Shown here one piece after another: positions 8,617 to 18,188 of a stretch of 53,828 nucleotides of DNA. The translations under genes and the position numbers were made by a program. The DNA lies in IMG/VR virus record IMGVR_UViG_3300022074_000057, positions 1-53,828 of that record, one strand, 5' to 3'. This stretch comes from a virus. Its lineage: Duplodnaviria; Caudoviricetes. The notes below the pieces were generated by a model. The model had not been told where the DNA came from and made no database searches. It saw nothing but the letters and a program-made list of their open reading frames with translations. Numbering within the stretch: position 1 is the first letter of the stretch; every line of letters begins with the position of its first letter.

Positions 8617-9912
8617 ATGTCAACCTTTGACTTAGGTTCCGCAGGAACCACTGCAATTAACACGATTCTGGCTGAAGAAGCCAACCGAATCAACCAAGAT
8701 GTATACTCTCGGACTGTTCACACCTCGGCGTGGATGGATCTTATGAAGCAGACTGCCTTCCCAGATGGGATGGGTTATCAACTCAGCACCCTCGTGTATG
8801 ACCGGGCTATCCCGACTACCGACTCTGCTGGTGATACTGCTGGAGTTAACTGGTCCGCACTCGGATCTTTGAATGCCTCTGCTAACTCGTTTGACACCTC
8901 TGACCTCGGACAGCCCCTCAAGGACGCTGCTGATGATGTGCAGGGCGGTCGTGGAACAGGTGCTGCTGATAAGCGTTCTTATGTTCAGTTCTCCAAGCAA
9001 CTCAAGAAGTATAGCATCGACCGCGCAGTAATCGAGTCTCCCCGCATCTCGCTGGAAGACCTCCGTTTTGCTGCTCATCGTCAGGAACAACTTCGCGCCA
9101 TCATGGACAACATGGCTGAATCTACCCGATACACATGGGAGAATCGCTACCGTGATGAGTTCTCGAAAGTCTCCGATAGCTACATCGGTGCTGTTGCTTC
9201 TGGAACTGCTATTCAGTCTGGTTTTGAAGGCACTGAGCTTGCTGGCACTGTTGATCTCGGAACTGCTGGTTCCTTCACTGTTCCAACAAGTAACCTGTCT
9301 AATGCGCTCCTCGATAAGTCTTACTTCAACCTCGTCCGCAAGGGTGCTGGTAATGAGGCTTATGGTCGTGAAAATGGTCGCCCCGTGTTTGGCCTTGTGC
9401 TGAGTTCTGAGGCTTCTTACCAGCTTCAGACCGAAGCAGGTTTCCGCGATGACGTTCGTTACAACAACAGCAAGGTAAGTGACCTCATCGCTCCTCTCGG
9501 TGTTGAGAAATCCTTCCGTGGTTTCTATCACCTAGTTGATGATCTCGCTCCTCGCTTCACTCTGGCGAATACGGATCAGATTACCCGCGTTCTTCCTTAC
9601 ACGGTTTCCAGTGGTGTGACTACTCCAAACAGTGCTTACGAGTCTGCTGAATACGAAGCAGCTTTCGTGATCCACCCACACGTTTGCGAGTCTCAGATCC
9701 CTAACCCGTTCAGCGGAGCGCAAGGTGTATCCTTTGACCCCGTTAGCTACCGTGGTGACTTCAAGTGGACGAACATCGCCCATGAGGTCAACAACCCAGA
9801 CGGAACTATTGGTTTCTTCCGTGGCGTTCTCGCCAGCGCGACCAAGCCAATCAAGACCGATCTCGGTTTTGTTATCCTGTTCAAGCGGACCTCCACAACT
9901 CCCGCTGCGTAA
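8617..9912 (+). CDS. Major capsid protein
   Basis: 431 aa after the scaffold; strong codon bias; followed by a hairpin. Confidence 0.85.
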   Translation: MSTFDLGSAGTTAINTILAEEANRINQDVYSRTVHTSAWMDLMKQTAFPDGMGYQLSTLVYDRAIPTTDSAGDTAGVNWSALGSLNASANSFDTSDLGQPLKDAADDVQGGRGTGAADKRSYVQFSKQLKKYSIDRAVIESPRISLEDLRFAAHRQEQLRAIMDNMAESTRYTWENRYRDEFSKVSDSYIGAVASGTAIQSGFEGTELAGTVDLGTAGSFTVPTSNLSNALLDKSYFNLVRKGAGNEAYGRENGRPVFGLVLSSEASYQLQTEAGFRDDVRYNNSKVSDLIAPLGVEKSFRGFYHLVDDLAPRFTLANTDQITRVLPYTVSSGVTTPNSAYESAEYEAAFVIHPHVCESQIPNPFSGAQGVSFDPVSYRGDFKWTNIAHEVNNPDGTIGFFRGVLASATKPIKTDLGFVILFKRTSTTPAA

Positions 9913-9927
9913 TACCCCGCTTAGTTT

Positions 9928-9959
9928 GAGGGGGGTGGTAACCCCACCCCTCTCTTTCT
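9928..9959 (+). terminator. Hairpin or terminator after the capsid gene
   Basis: GAGGGGGGTGG-TAAC-CCCACCCCTCTC-TTTCT. Confidence 0.6.
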
Positions 9960-9980
9960 ATAGCTAACCCTAAGTTTGCT

Positions 9981-10169
9981 ATGCCTACTCTAGATGACGC
10001 ACCAACCATCGAAACCCTTGCGGGTGACGATCTCACATCTTCTGACGTTTCAGATGCCGAAAAAGTTGCGCGAGCCGATCTCGTTCAAGTTTTTGATGTC
10101 TCTGAGCAGAAGGTTAAAACTATCTCAGTCCAGGAGCTTGGAGAAGCCCTTGGCGTAACATTCAGCTAA
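9981..10169 (+). CDS. Small virion or decoration-like protein
   Basis: 62-aa ORF after the capsid gene; DLVQVFDVSEQKVKTISV. Confidence 0.6.
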   Translation: MPTLDDAPTIETLAGDDLTSSDVSDAEKVARADLVQVFDVSEQKVKTISVQELGEALGVTFS

Positions 10170-10221
10170 ATCTTTATGGGTAGCCTCTGATATGGGGCTA
10201 CCTGTAAAACCACTATCTATT

Positions 10222-10653
10222 ATGGCTTTAACTCAATCCAAAAAGAAAAAGATTGAAGAATTACTTGGCGATCTGTCTGCGGAGGATATTGCTGACTTTT
10301 TTGCAGAGCAATCTGAAACTAGCATGGCCGAAGTAGTTGAAAATAGGCTCGCGGACCAACAAGAAGATCTAGGATCTGATGATGTTGAGAACGAACCAAG
10401 TGCTGATATTGAACCTGCCGAATCAGAAAAAACACAGACTCCCCGCAGCGACTCCGAAATAATGGAAGACCCTGCCCCAGAGATGGATGAAAAAGAAGCT
10501 GTGCGTTTATTTGAAATGGTCACGGGTAATCCTTTTGATCCAAATTCTTCTATGGACCAAGGTAAGATGGAGATCTTGAAGAAGGCAAAGGCTGAAAATC
10601 CTGATCTTTCCGACAGCCAACTGGCACTTAAAATCTACAAGGATTATATGTAA
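10222..10653 (+). CDS. Acidic hypothetical protein
   Basis: ORF with likely ATG at 10222. Confidence 0.7.
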   Translation: MALTQSKKKKIEELLGDLSAEDIADFFAEQSETSMAEVVENRLADQQEDLGSDDVENEPSADIEPAESEKTQTPRSDSEIMEDPAPEMDEKEAVRLFEMVTGNPFDPNSSMDQGKMEILKKAKAENPDLSDSQLALKIYKDYM

Positions 10654-10967
10654 TGAACTACGCAGATAAGAAAGAGCATGGAGAAGTTAAGGACTTAGAG
10701 ATGGCGGAGCAGCAGCTTCGCAATATCCACGCTAACGTAGTAGATCTGCTAAGACACTTAGAGAAACAACCCAACTGCCCTCTTTTATCTCAGGCGTGGG
10801 TTCAATCTAAAGTTACGTTGTCTAACGCTTACGTTGATTCGGTTCGGGATTATGTAGTAAACAGCAAGAAAGAACTAGAGCCTATGAACGACGATGGAGT
10901 CTATGACAGTGAAGATGGTCCTGTGGGCTTCCTTATAGCTGTTGAAAAAGGTGCATCTAAGTATTAA
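10653..10967 (+). CDS. Hypothetical protein
   Basis: TAATG coupling; WVQSKVTLS..Y..SV.DY motif. Confidence 0.7.
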   Translation: MNYADKKEHGEVKDLEMAEQQLRNIHANVVDLLRHLEKQPNCPLLSQAWVQSKVTLSNAYVDSVRDYVVNSKKELEPMNDDGVYDSEDGPVGFLIAVEKGASKY

Positions 10968-10978
10968 GTTTAGATAAC

Positions 10979-11242
10979 ATGACAAACGATATCGAAAAAC
11001 AATCAGCAGGTAGGGGAGGGGCAACTTTCGTTAATACTACAGGAAGCCCGACTACTGGACAATACTGCGCTATTCAATGTGTCACTAATAACACTAAGTT
11101 TAGTTCTATCACGATGGATGCCCTAGACGGGGATACGATTAGTAGCAGCGACAATTTTCCTGCTGGTTTTACTATTCTAGGAAGCATCAAATCCTTTACC
11201 CTGCACACTGGATCAGTGATCGCTTACAAAGCAGTTAACTAA
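10979..11242 (+). CDS. Small beta-rich virion protein
   Basis: T/S/G-rich; ends in FPAG..I.G....TL.TG.VIAYK. Confidence 0.65.
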   Translation: MTNDIEKQSAGRGGATFVNTTGSPTTGQYCAIQCVTNNTKFSSITMDALDGDTISSSDNFPAGFTILGSIKSFTLHTGSVIAYKAVN

Positions 11243-11262
11243 GGAAACGAGGAAAGACTGCT

Positions 11263-11565
11263 ATGAGTTGGGCGCAAGCCGTTTCTGAGGTAAAGCCCGA
11301 ACTACTTCGATGGGCCGTAAATTACTTCGGACTCGCCATTGTCTTAGGAGTTTGCTCTTGGCTACTATGGGGCGAGTATCAAGATCAGATAGATGCTAGG
11401 TTCGCTTCCATTGAGCGGGAACTTAGTAGCTACAAAGATCGAGTAGGTTTCTTGGAGGAGGACGCGCTCCACCGCAGGACTATTGAAGCGGAAGATCAGA
11501 AGCAACGCGCTGAATTGTTCTCCGCTATTGAGAAGCACTTAGATAATATCAGTAGGTCTAACTAA
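11263..11565 (+). CDS. Membrane-anchored coiled-coil protein
   Basis: TM segment YFGLAIVLGVCSWLLW followed by a coiled coil. Confidence 0.65.
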   Translation: MSWAQAVSEVKPELLRWAVNYFGLAIVLGVCSWLLWGEYQDQIDARFASIERELSSYKDRVGFLEEDALHRRTIEAEDQKQRAELFSAIEKHLDNISRSN

Positions 11566-11600
11566 TATAGTTATATTAAGCTCACCTCTGTTGTTTTTAA

Positions 11601-12353
11601 ATGAGGAGAATAAAACTTGTAGGTATCCGACGAAGCGGTAACCATGCGGTGCTAGGGTGGATAGCTGACAGGAATAGAGGTAGAGTTTGTTTTCTTAATT
11701 CAGTTGCGGTAAGGAGGTATCAAAAACGTAACGAAAGACTCAACACACTTCCTTCAAAAAACATCTGTAAAGACCTAGGGAAAGCCTCATTGTTGTTGTG
11801 TGGTTACGAAGAGTTGCCGCTACTAGCGTTTCAAGCGCACTCCGTATTACCTGGATTGTTAAAGGGTCCAGAAACTTCCGTTCTCCTTTTACGAGATCCT
11901 TTTAATACTTTTGCGAGTCGCCTAAAGGGTATCCGAAATCTCAAATCGACCCAACGTCGTTTTTTGCCGGAAGATCCTGACCTTTGTTCCCCGCCCCCTG
12001 TTTCTACTTTATGGAAGGAATATGCCAAGGAATATCTAGGAATCACAAAAAAGTTAGGTGGGAGATTCGTGGGAGTTAAATATAACTCTTGGTTCACAGA
12101 CTCAGATTACCGTTGTGAACTAGCTAACGTCTTAGGGTTAAAGCCTTCGGCAGAACCTTTTGAAAGAGTTTCTGGGTTTGGTTTCGGGAGTTCTTTTGAT
12201 CGTAAGTCAAAAGATGGCGAAGCATCTAAAATGAACGTGTTAAACAGGTGGGAAGAGTTTGCAGATGACCCAACTTATCACAAGTATTTCGATGATGAAT
12301 TACTTGAGTTATCAAAAGAGATTTTCCCTCACATTAAAGGGCCGTTTAGCTGA
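11601..12353 (+). CDS. Sulfotransferase-like protein 1
   Basis: 5'-PSB-like GIRRSGNHAV and 3'-PB-like RDPFNTFASR. Confidence 0.7.
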   Translation: MRRIKLVGIRRSGNHAVLGWIADRNRGRVCFLNSVAVRRYQKRNERLNTLPSKNICKDLGKASLLLCGYEELPLLAFQAHSVLPGLLKGPETSVLLLRDPFNTFASRLKGIRNLKSTQRRFLPEDPDLCSPPPVSTLWKEYAKEYLGITKKLGGRFVGVKYNSWFTDSDYRCELANVLGLKPSAEPFERVSGFGFGSSFDRKSKDGEASKMNVLNRWEEFADDPTYHKYFDDELLELSKEIFPHIKGPFS

Positions 12354-12359
12354 TCTAAT

Positions 12360-13016
12360 CTAGTCAATTACTACGAAGCCCCATCTCGTCTCGACTTGAT
12401 ATACGTCTACATTAAGCTCCTCATGTATCTTTTTCGGGGAGTCTTTGTGCTTAATACTGTTAAGATCATCAAGAATCATGCACTTTATATTATTGTGTTC
12501 CTTAATAGCATCCAAAGCTACTCTCATTTCTTTTTGTCCATTAGGTCCGCCCGAATCCAAGCTAAGTAAAACTCGTTGATCTTTTTTTTCGTCTAGAATT
12601 TTAGGTAGCCAGTTTTGTTCATCTGCTACGTTTTGGATTTGTATTTTCTTAACCCAGTCTACGGGTAAATCTTTTCGTTCTAGGGAATTAGCGTGGCTAA
12701 GAAACACATGGGGTAGATATCCGATATTTTCTAGAGCCTTTTTGTAAGACTGCCTGTTAGTCTCACAAGAGTGAACTTCTAGTCCGGTTAATGCAAAAGA
12801 AGTGGTAGTCCCGTTTCCCAGAAAAGTTCCCGTCTCAATGATGTAGTCTATGTTGTATTTCTTAGCTAGGAGACAAGCAACTTCTGACAGTCTTGCAGAA
12901 TTAAGAGCCATTGAGACATTTTTTTCAATTATTTTAGATTTAAGCTCACGAACACCCAATATGTCTTCAAAGGTTTTTGAAATAGTGTAATTATCTTCTA
13001 GAATGTTAACTATCAT
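12360..13016 (-). CDS. Class I SAM-dependent methyltransferase
   Basis: IIETGTFLGNGTT motif I, VHSCE, LSLDS, ILDD. Confidence 0.75.
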   Translation of the reverse strand: MIVNILEDNYTISKTFEDILGVRELKSKIIEKNVSMALNSARLSEVACLLAKKYNIDYIIETGTFLGNGTTTSFALTGLEVHSCETNRQSYKKALENIGYLPHVFLSHANSLERKDLPVDWVKKIQIQNVADEQNWLPKILDEKKDQRVLLSLDSGGPNGQKEMRVALDAIKEHNNIKCMILDDLNSIKHKDSPKKIHEELNVDVYQVETRWGFVVID

Positions 13017-13031
13017 AGAGAAAACTGTATC

Positions 13032-13790
13032 ATGAACATAAGAGACATCAAGTTAGGTCATCGAAGAGAGTATCGAGTGTTTGGCCTCCAAAGGTCTGGG
13101 CTTCATGCGGTTACAAATTGGATAATCGCATCTTTAATAGAAGAAGGAGAAGACCAACTCACTTACTTAAATTTTGTGAATTCCTGCCCAGATATAAAAG
13201 GGAATCGGTTCAACAAGGGGAATGAAATGCCCGACTTGCCGGACTCATGTAGGACTCCCTTGGATAAATTAACTGGGACATTAGTTTTGGGTTTTGAAGA
13301 GTGGGATGCGGCCAAATGGGTTCGTGAGCTAGATACCGGAGTAGAATCAGTCAACGTATTTGTAACTAGGGATTTAAAAGATGTGTTTGCGTCAAGGCTG
13401 GCTAGGCTTGAACAGCCCAATTCTAAGTTTTCAATATCTGAAGACACACTGAAAGTTTGGGGAGAATGGATGACGGGGACTGACCCAGAAGGTAATTACA
13501 AGATGCTAAAACACTACCGGAAATATACCCCCCTCCCCCCAAACACCACCGCAGTCCAATTTGAGAGTTGGATTAGTAGTGAAGAATATAGAAAACCCAA
13601 GGCTACTAAATTAGGGATTGAGTTCCACAACTTAGGAATGGACAAAGAGTCTAAGCACGGAGGAGGATCTTCTTTCGGTAAGCCCCCCGCTCCAGGACAG
13701 ACGAGGTGGGAGAAGTATCGGGAACACCCTATGATGAAGGAATTTATGCGGCAAATGGAAGAGGGAAACCCGCTGCCCTATTACATTTGA
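13032..13790 (+). CDS. Sulfotransferase-like protein 2
   Basis: GLQRSGLHAV and RDLKDVFASR; shares GxGSSF and RWE with 11601-12353. Confidence 0.7.
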   Translation: MNIRDIKLGHRREYRVFGLQRSGLHAVTNWIIASLIEEGEDQLTYLNFVNSCPDIKGNRFNKGNEMPDLPDSCRTPLDKLTGTLVLGFEEWDAAKWVRELDTGVESVNVFVTRDLKDVFASRLARLEQPNSKFSISEDTLKVWGEWMTGTDPEGNYKMLKHYRKYTPLPPNTTAVQFESWISSEEYRKPKATKLGIEFHNLGMDKESKHGGGSSFGKPPAPGQTRWEKYREHPMMKEFMRQMEEGNPLPYYI

Positions 13791-13835
13791 ACTTGCACTT
13801 CTTAGAGAATAGAAGGAAACTATAAAGGACGATCA

Positions 13836-14144
13836 ATGAAGTTAACTAAAGCAAATACCCTATACAGCATTGACGAACCCGCTTTAATTGGAAACGCAGG
13901 GGGTGGGTCATCCTCTAGTTCATCGAGTTCTTCAAGCTCTTCAAGCTCTTCAAGCTCTTCAAGCTCTTCAAGCTCTTCAAGCTCTTCAAGCTCTTCAAGC
14001 TCTTCTAGTTCTTCAAGCTCTTCTAGTTCTTCAAGCTCTTCTAGTCCCTCGAGTTCTTCAAGCTCTTCTAGTCCCTCGAGTTCTTCAAGCTCATCGAGTT
14101 CTTCAAGCTCATCGAGTTCTTCAAGCTCATCGAGTTCTTCATAA
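13836..14144 (+). CDS. Poly-serine protein: 24-aa leader ending in GGG, then a 78-residue Ser tract with 2 Pro
   Basis: ATG preceded by AAGGA and a promoter-like TTGCAC-17-GAAACT; built on a (TCTTCAAGC)n repeat. Confidence 0.7.
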   Translation: MKLTKANTLYSIDEPALIGNAGGGSSSSSSSSSSSSSSSSSSSSSSSSSSSSSSSSSSSSSSSSSSSSSSPSSSSSSSSPSSSSSSSSSSSSSSSSSSSSSS

Positions 14145-14162
14145 CAGTAAGATCGATTCGAT

Positions 14163-15428
14163 ATGCCTATCAATACTGGAAATCAACCCGCTCCAAAGAG
14201 ACAAAGAGTTCTTACTTTTGTTAGCCCAAATGTGGCGGATATTCTTTTTTACGAGACGGTAGATACTCAGAGAGTGGGGAAGAGCATCCCCGCATATGGG
14301 ACTAGCCACCCTGACTCTACTAAATGGCCCGATCATGAACTTGTTTTTGTTCAGCAAGATAGCTCTGAGGGTCAGCTTTATAGATATTATTACGCAGCTA
14401 CTAGAGCTTCTCAAGACACATACAATTACGAGATAAGGGACGGATCTGAACTTACTAGAACTTACATAATAAAAAGAAGTGATTACCCTTCATCTTTAAC
14501 TCCTCCTGCTGGTGGGACATTAGATAGTGCTTTTACAGACTATGGGTTTGTTGGGGACACTATTAAAAGTGTGGGAGATCCCTTGTCAGGGATATACATA
14601 GCAGTTCAAAGAAGGTTTGTAGTTCCTCAAACTGTTGATCATGTGTATGATGCAAATTTGGAGGGCAACGTCAAAGTTACTAAGACTATTGTTCCATCTG
14701 GCTATGATCTTGTGACGGAAGGTATAACTAACTCGCCTGGAGACACTAATGAAGTAAGACATGGAAATAATTTCCACGATGTCCTTATTAATCAGACCAT
14801 TAAAGATAGTGGGGGGAGTATTGCAGACAGGGATCTTGAAACTATTTATGGATCACAAAAATACGAAGGAATACCACAAAGGCTGGACTCTGTTGATTTT
14901 GATTTTATTTCTGCTTTTGTCTCAGGAATAAATTCTAACGGGGACAGTATAGGACAATATACTGAGGATAGTACCGCAGAATTCCCAGTTACTGCTCCCT
15001 CTTCTGGACCGTTTAAAACAAAGATACAAAGGACTCTAACCACAAACCCAGAGACAAGAGTAGATTCCATATTATCTTCTGCTACACTTCTTCCCAGACC
15101 CAAACGACAAGATATTTCTTACAAGTATGCCGCATACAGCACGAACCCTCCGGTTGCACAAGCTTCAGCTAGGCAATTCACTCTTCCTGCTGCCATACAC
15201 GGAGCGATTACTGTTGGTATAAACGGAACTACTAACGGCTCTTCTACTTCACCTACTGGTATAAATCTTGAACGAAACATTCAGCCCACCTCATTACCTG
15301 CAACTCCAGGATTTAACGGAACTGATCTATCTGGTGATTATTTGATAAACGTGTCCGTAAGGCAGACTAGCCTCGATTTATTTGTCGTGGAGTCTACAGA
15401 ACTTCAACTTAACGGAGTTTATCCGTAA
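14163..15428 (+). CDS. Putative tail/virion structural protein
   Basis: 421 aa, beta-rich T/S/G composition, in the structural block. Confidence 0.65.
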   Translation: MPINTGNQPAPKRQRVLTFVSPNVADILFYETVDTQRVGKSIPAYGTSHPDSTKWPDHELVFVQQDSSEGQLYRYYYAATRASQDTYNYEIRDGSELTRTYIIKRSDYPSSLTPPAGGTLDSAFTDYGFVGDTIKSVGDPLSGIYIAVQRRFVVPQTVDHVYDANLEGNVKVTKTIVPSGYDLVTEGITNSPGDTNEVRHGNNFHDVLINQTIKDSGGSIADRDLETIYGSQKYEGIPQRLDSVDFDFISAFVSGINSNGDSIGQYTEDSTAEFPVTAPSSGPFKTKIQRTLTTNPETRVDSILSSATLLPRPKRQDISYKYAAYSTNPPVAQASARQFTLPAAIHGAITVGINGTTNGSSTSPTGINLERNIQPTSLPATPGFNGTDLSGDYLINVSVRQTSLDLFVVESTELQLNGVYP

Positions 15429-15432
15429 CTCA

Positions 15433-16101
15433 ATGGCTGAAGACTTTCAGTATTCTCAAGTCAACTCACCTACTCCAGAAGAATCCTTTGGGAACTTAAC
15501 TGGAGTAGAAACTCAGATTCCTAATCCTGATCTTTTATATGGCCCAATAGAAGTTGGGCCTTGGCCCGATAATCCTATTGTTGATTTCTCCCCTTTAGGA
15601 TTATTTTTAAATAAGCCAGCTTTTTTATTTGATGAAGAAAGTAGTAGCAGCAGTAGTAGTTCCAGTAGCCCCCCTAGTAGTAGTAGTAGTAGTAGTAGTA
15701 GTTCTAAGTCCACCGCTATCGTTCCTTGTTCTTGGAATGAAACTGGGTATGCGGCTTTATTTATTGCTGAGATGCCGGAGGTTCGCTTTGATGACCACGT
15801 AGAAATTTTTCCTACTAAGAGGTTCAGCAGAACTCAGTTAGACACGAAATTCTTGGAAGTTTGTGAGCCAGATACGGTTAGAGTAATTTCTGCTATCGGG
15901 GACTCTGGGGGCGTTAAATATGCCAGGATTGAGGGACAAGAAATAATCTTGTCGCTACCCTTGTTCATGAGGCCAAAAAGAGTTTGTGTTCGTTTGAGTG
16001 GAATTCGCAAAGGGTTCCGAAACCTTAGATTCCCTGATAGAACTGAGAATCAGTTTATACATAACGAGAAGTTCATTAACTCAGCTTACCCAGACGAATA
16101 G
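15433..16101 (+). CDS. Tail-associated protein with an internal poly-Ser tract and a C-terminal AIVP...EMPEVRFDD domain
   Basis: ATG at 15433; the C-terminal motif resembles domains at the ends of phage tail fibre proteins. Confidence 0.65.
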   Translation: MAEDFQYSQVNSPTPEESFGNLTGVETQIPNPDLLYGPIEVGPWPDNPIVDFSPLGLFLNKPAFLFDEESSSSSSSSSSPPSSSSSSSSSSKSTAIVPCSWNETGYAALFIAEMPEVRFDDHVEIFPTKRFSRTQLDTKFLEVCEPDTVRVISAIGDSGGVKYARIEGQEIILSLPLFMRPKRVCVRLSGIRKGFRNLRFPDRTENQFIHNEKFINSAYPDE

Positions 16102-16106
16102 ATAAT

Positions 16107-16252
<146 letters not shown>

Positions 16253-16256
<4 letters not shown>

Positions 16257-17254
16257 GACAAGTGTTGCTCTACCTCAGACCACACTATATTGTTAACCGT
16301 TGGGGAAGCTCCTCCTTCGATATATTTCCTGATTGATCTTACTACGTCATCAGCGGTTATCATATCCATACATTTGGGTATAGGGGATTCCCCTCCTTCG
16401 GGGATAACGGGTAGGCTACATAGGCTTGAGTCTTGCTTAGAACCATCATTTCTAGGCTCTACCCTAGACTTCCAACACCCTCCTTTTTTACAACAGTCCA
16501 GCATTCCCTGTGTATGATGGAACTGGTGGGTAGGGTAATGTTCCCAAGATACTGGCTCCCTTCCTCCTGCGATTACTACGCAGGGTCTTGAAGAACCCTG
16601 TTGCTTTGTGGGAACCGCCGCTGCCATGTGCATTATACCTGTAACCGGACACACGACCCCCGAACTATGATAGACGAGCCTGACTAGCTGCCTAACATCA
16701 GTTTTTCCTCTTAAATCAATTGCCCCTTTGATCGGGGGGTGGTGGTGATTATCAGAACCTACTTGCACGAATAGGATCTCTCCCTTTAGAGAATCAACCA
16801 CTTGTTGATACTTTTTGTGGTCCCACCACTTACAAGTAAAATCATACTTACCCCCCGAAACTATAATCCAAAAAGGAACCTCATATTTAGTGATATTCTG
16901 CACTTGATTTGTCCACCCCTTCTCTTCATCGGACAAATAGATATCTCCCTTGAACTCGGTTACTGGGATTTTGAGGTGTAGTTTTTCCTCCAAGAACTCA
17001 TGGTAAGCTCCTATGAAGTGCAAGGGACGTTGATTGCTTTTGTTTATGGCGGGATATTTCAATACTATTGTTTCAACTCCCGCGTTGTCTTTAAAATTAT
17101 TTATGTAAGGATTATTATCAAATAACGCTGATGCGGTCCCCGCATACCCCGTTTTAAACTCTTTCGGGTAGGCTCGATTAAGATCTCGGATCGCTGCGGT
17201 GCATACCACGACATCTCCTAAACTAAGTTTGTTTTGGAATATTATGTTTCTCAT
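16253..17254 (-). CDS. GT9-like (ADP-heptose:LPS heptosyltransferase fold) glycosyltransferase
   Basis: SLGDVVVCTAAIRDL, KWW, IDLRGKTDVRQL, TGIMHMAAA, and a C-terminal Cys cluster ending CMDMITADDV. Confidence 0.85.
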
Positions 17255-17383
17255 TTTAATTAAAGCCCAACTGATATCTATTTAAAGATTAGATTATATC
17301 AAGAAAAATCAAAATTTAGTCTAAAACTACTCAGTTACCTTACATAAATTAGATTTAACCCCCGTTCGGGTTCGGCTTCTGAC

Positions 17384-17412
17384 TTGAATAAAGAGGGTTT
17401 TGACATTAGAAT
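17384..17412 (+). promoter_or_regulatory. Sigma70-like promoter, probably giving a leaderless transcript
   Basis: TTGAAT-17 nt-TAGAAT with ATG 5 nt downstream. Confidence 0.6.
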
Positions 17413-17417
17413 ACCTT

Positions 17418-18167
17418 ATGGCAGTGACCGTAGCTACCTTAAAAAACACCCTCTCAAGTTATCTTGAGTCTGATTCGCAGTTTTTACCTTATTTGAATCA
17501 AGTCCTCCCTAGGCTATATGGTTTGGGATACTGGAGGGATTTGGTGTTTGAAAGGACCATCGTGACAGACCACGAATACTTCTCCTTGCCGGAAAACGCA
17601 GAGTCCGTTCTTTCTGCCGTAGTTGACGGACTTCCTAGTGAAATGAGATCTAGGTGGCAAGATTACAAGACTTCTGGTATTTATACAGGAGGTCCAGGTC
17701 CAGTTTACGGGATCGTAGATGACGGGCTACATCCCACTATTATTGACTTAAACGAGGCTTCTCTTTATCAGATAAAGGTTGTCCCTATCACGCCTCGGAC
17801 TTTACTGCCTTCGGTTGGGTCTGTTTTTGTGACTTATGGGAGGGCGGACGGATCTAAGAAGGTTCATGAGTTTGGGCTAGACGGAAGCGCGAGCATGATA
17901 ACCACAGAACCTCACGCTACGAAAGCAGTTTCTGTATTGGAAATACGTTTCAAAGGGTTTTATGAAAAAGTAGAAGTCCAAGCAGTGGAAGACGCTGAGT
18001 CGAGTTCCTCAAGTTCAAGCTCATCAAGCTCATCAAGCTCATCAAGCTCATCAAGCTCATCAAGCTCATCAAGCCCATCAAGCTCATCTAGCCCATCAAG
18101 CTCATCAAGCCCATCAAGCTCATCTAGCCAGCCTAGTTCATCAAGCTCTTCAAGTTCATCTCCGTAG
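17418..18167 (+). CDS. Putative head-tail adaptor, N-terminal part, ending in a ~55-aa Ser/Pro tail
   Basis: Adaptor-like N-terminal helices then YFSLPEN; (TCATCAAGC)n tract at 18000-18164. Confidence 0.65.
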   Translation: MAVTVATLKNTLSSYLESDSQFLPYLNQVLPRLYGLGYWRDLVFERTIVTDHEYFSLPENAESVLSAVVDGLPSEMRSRWQDYKTSGIYTGGPGPVYGIVDDGLHPTIIDLNEASLYQIKVVPITPRTLLPSVGSVFVTYGRADGSKKVHEFGLDGSASMITTEPHATKAVSVLEIRFKGFYEKVEVQAVEDAESSSSSSSSSSSSSSSSSSSSSSSSSPSSSSSPSSSSSPSSSSSQPSSSSSSSSSP

Positions 18168-18188
18168 TAAAATTATAATCATATTAAT

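Noticed and set aside
8632-9783. Long antisense ORFs opposite the capsid gene
   Set aside because: Expected shadow of strong codon bias; no motifs or expression signals
13820-14262. (ELE)n antisense ORF and (LQA)n +1-frame ORF
   Set aside because: By-products of the stop-free 9-bp repeat; only the Ser frame has an ATG with upstream signals
15513-15713. Antisense poly-Leu ORF resembling a membrane protein
   Set aside because: Reverse reading of the AGT repeat
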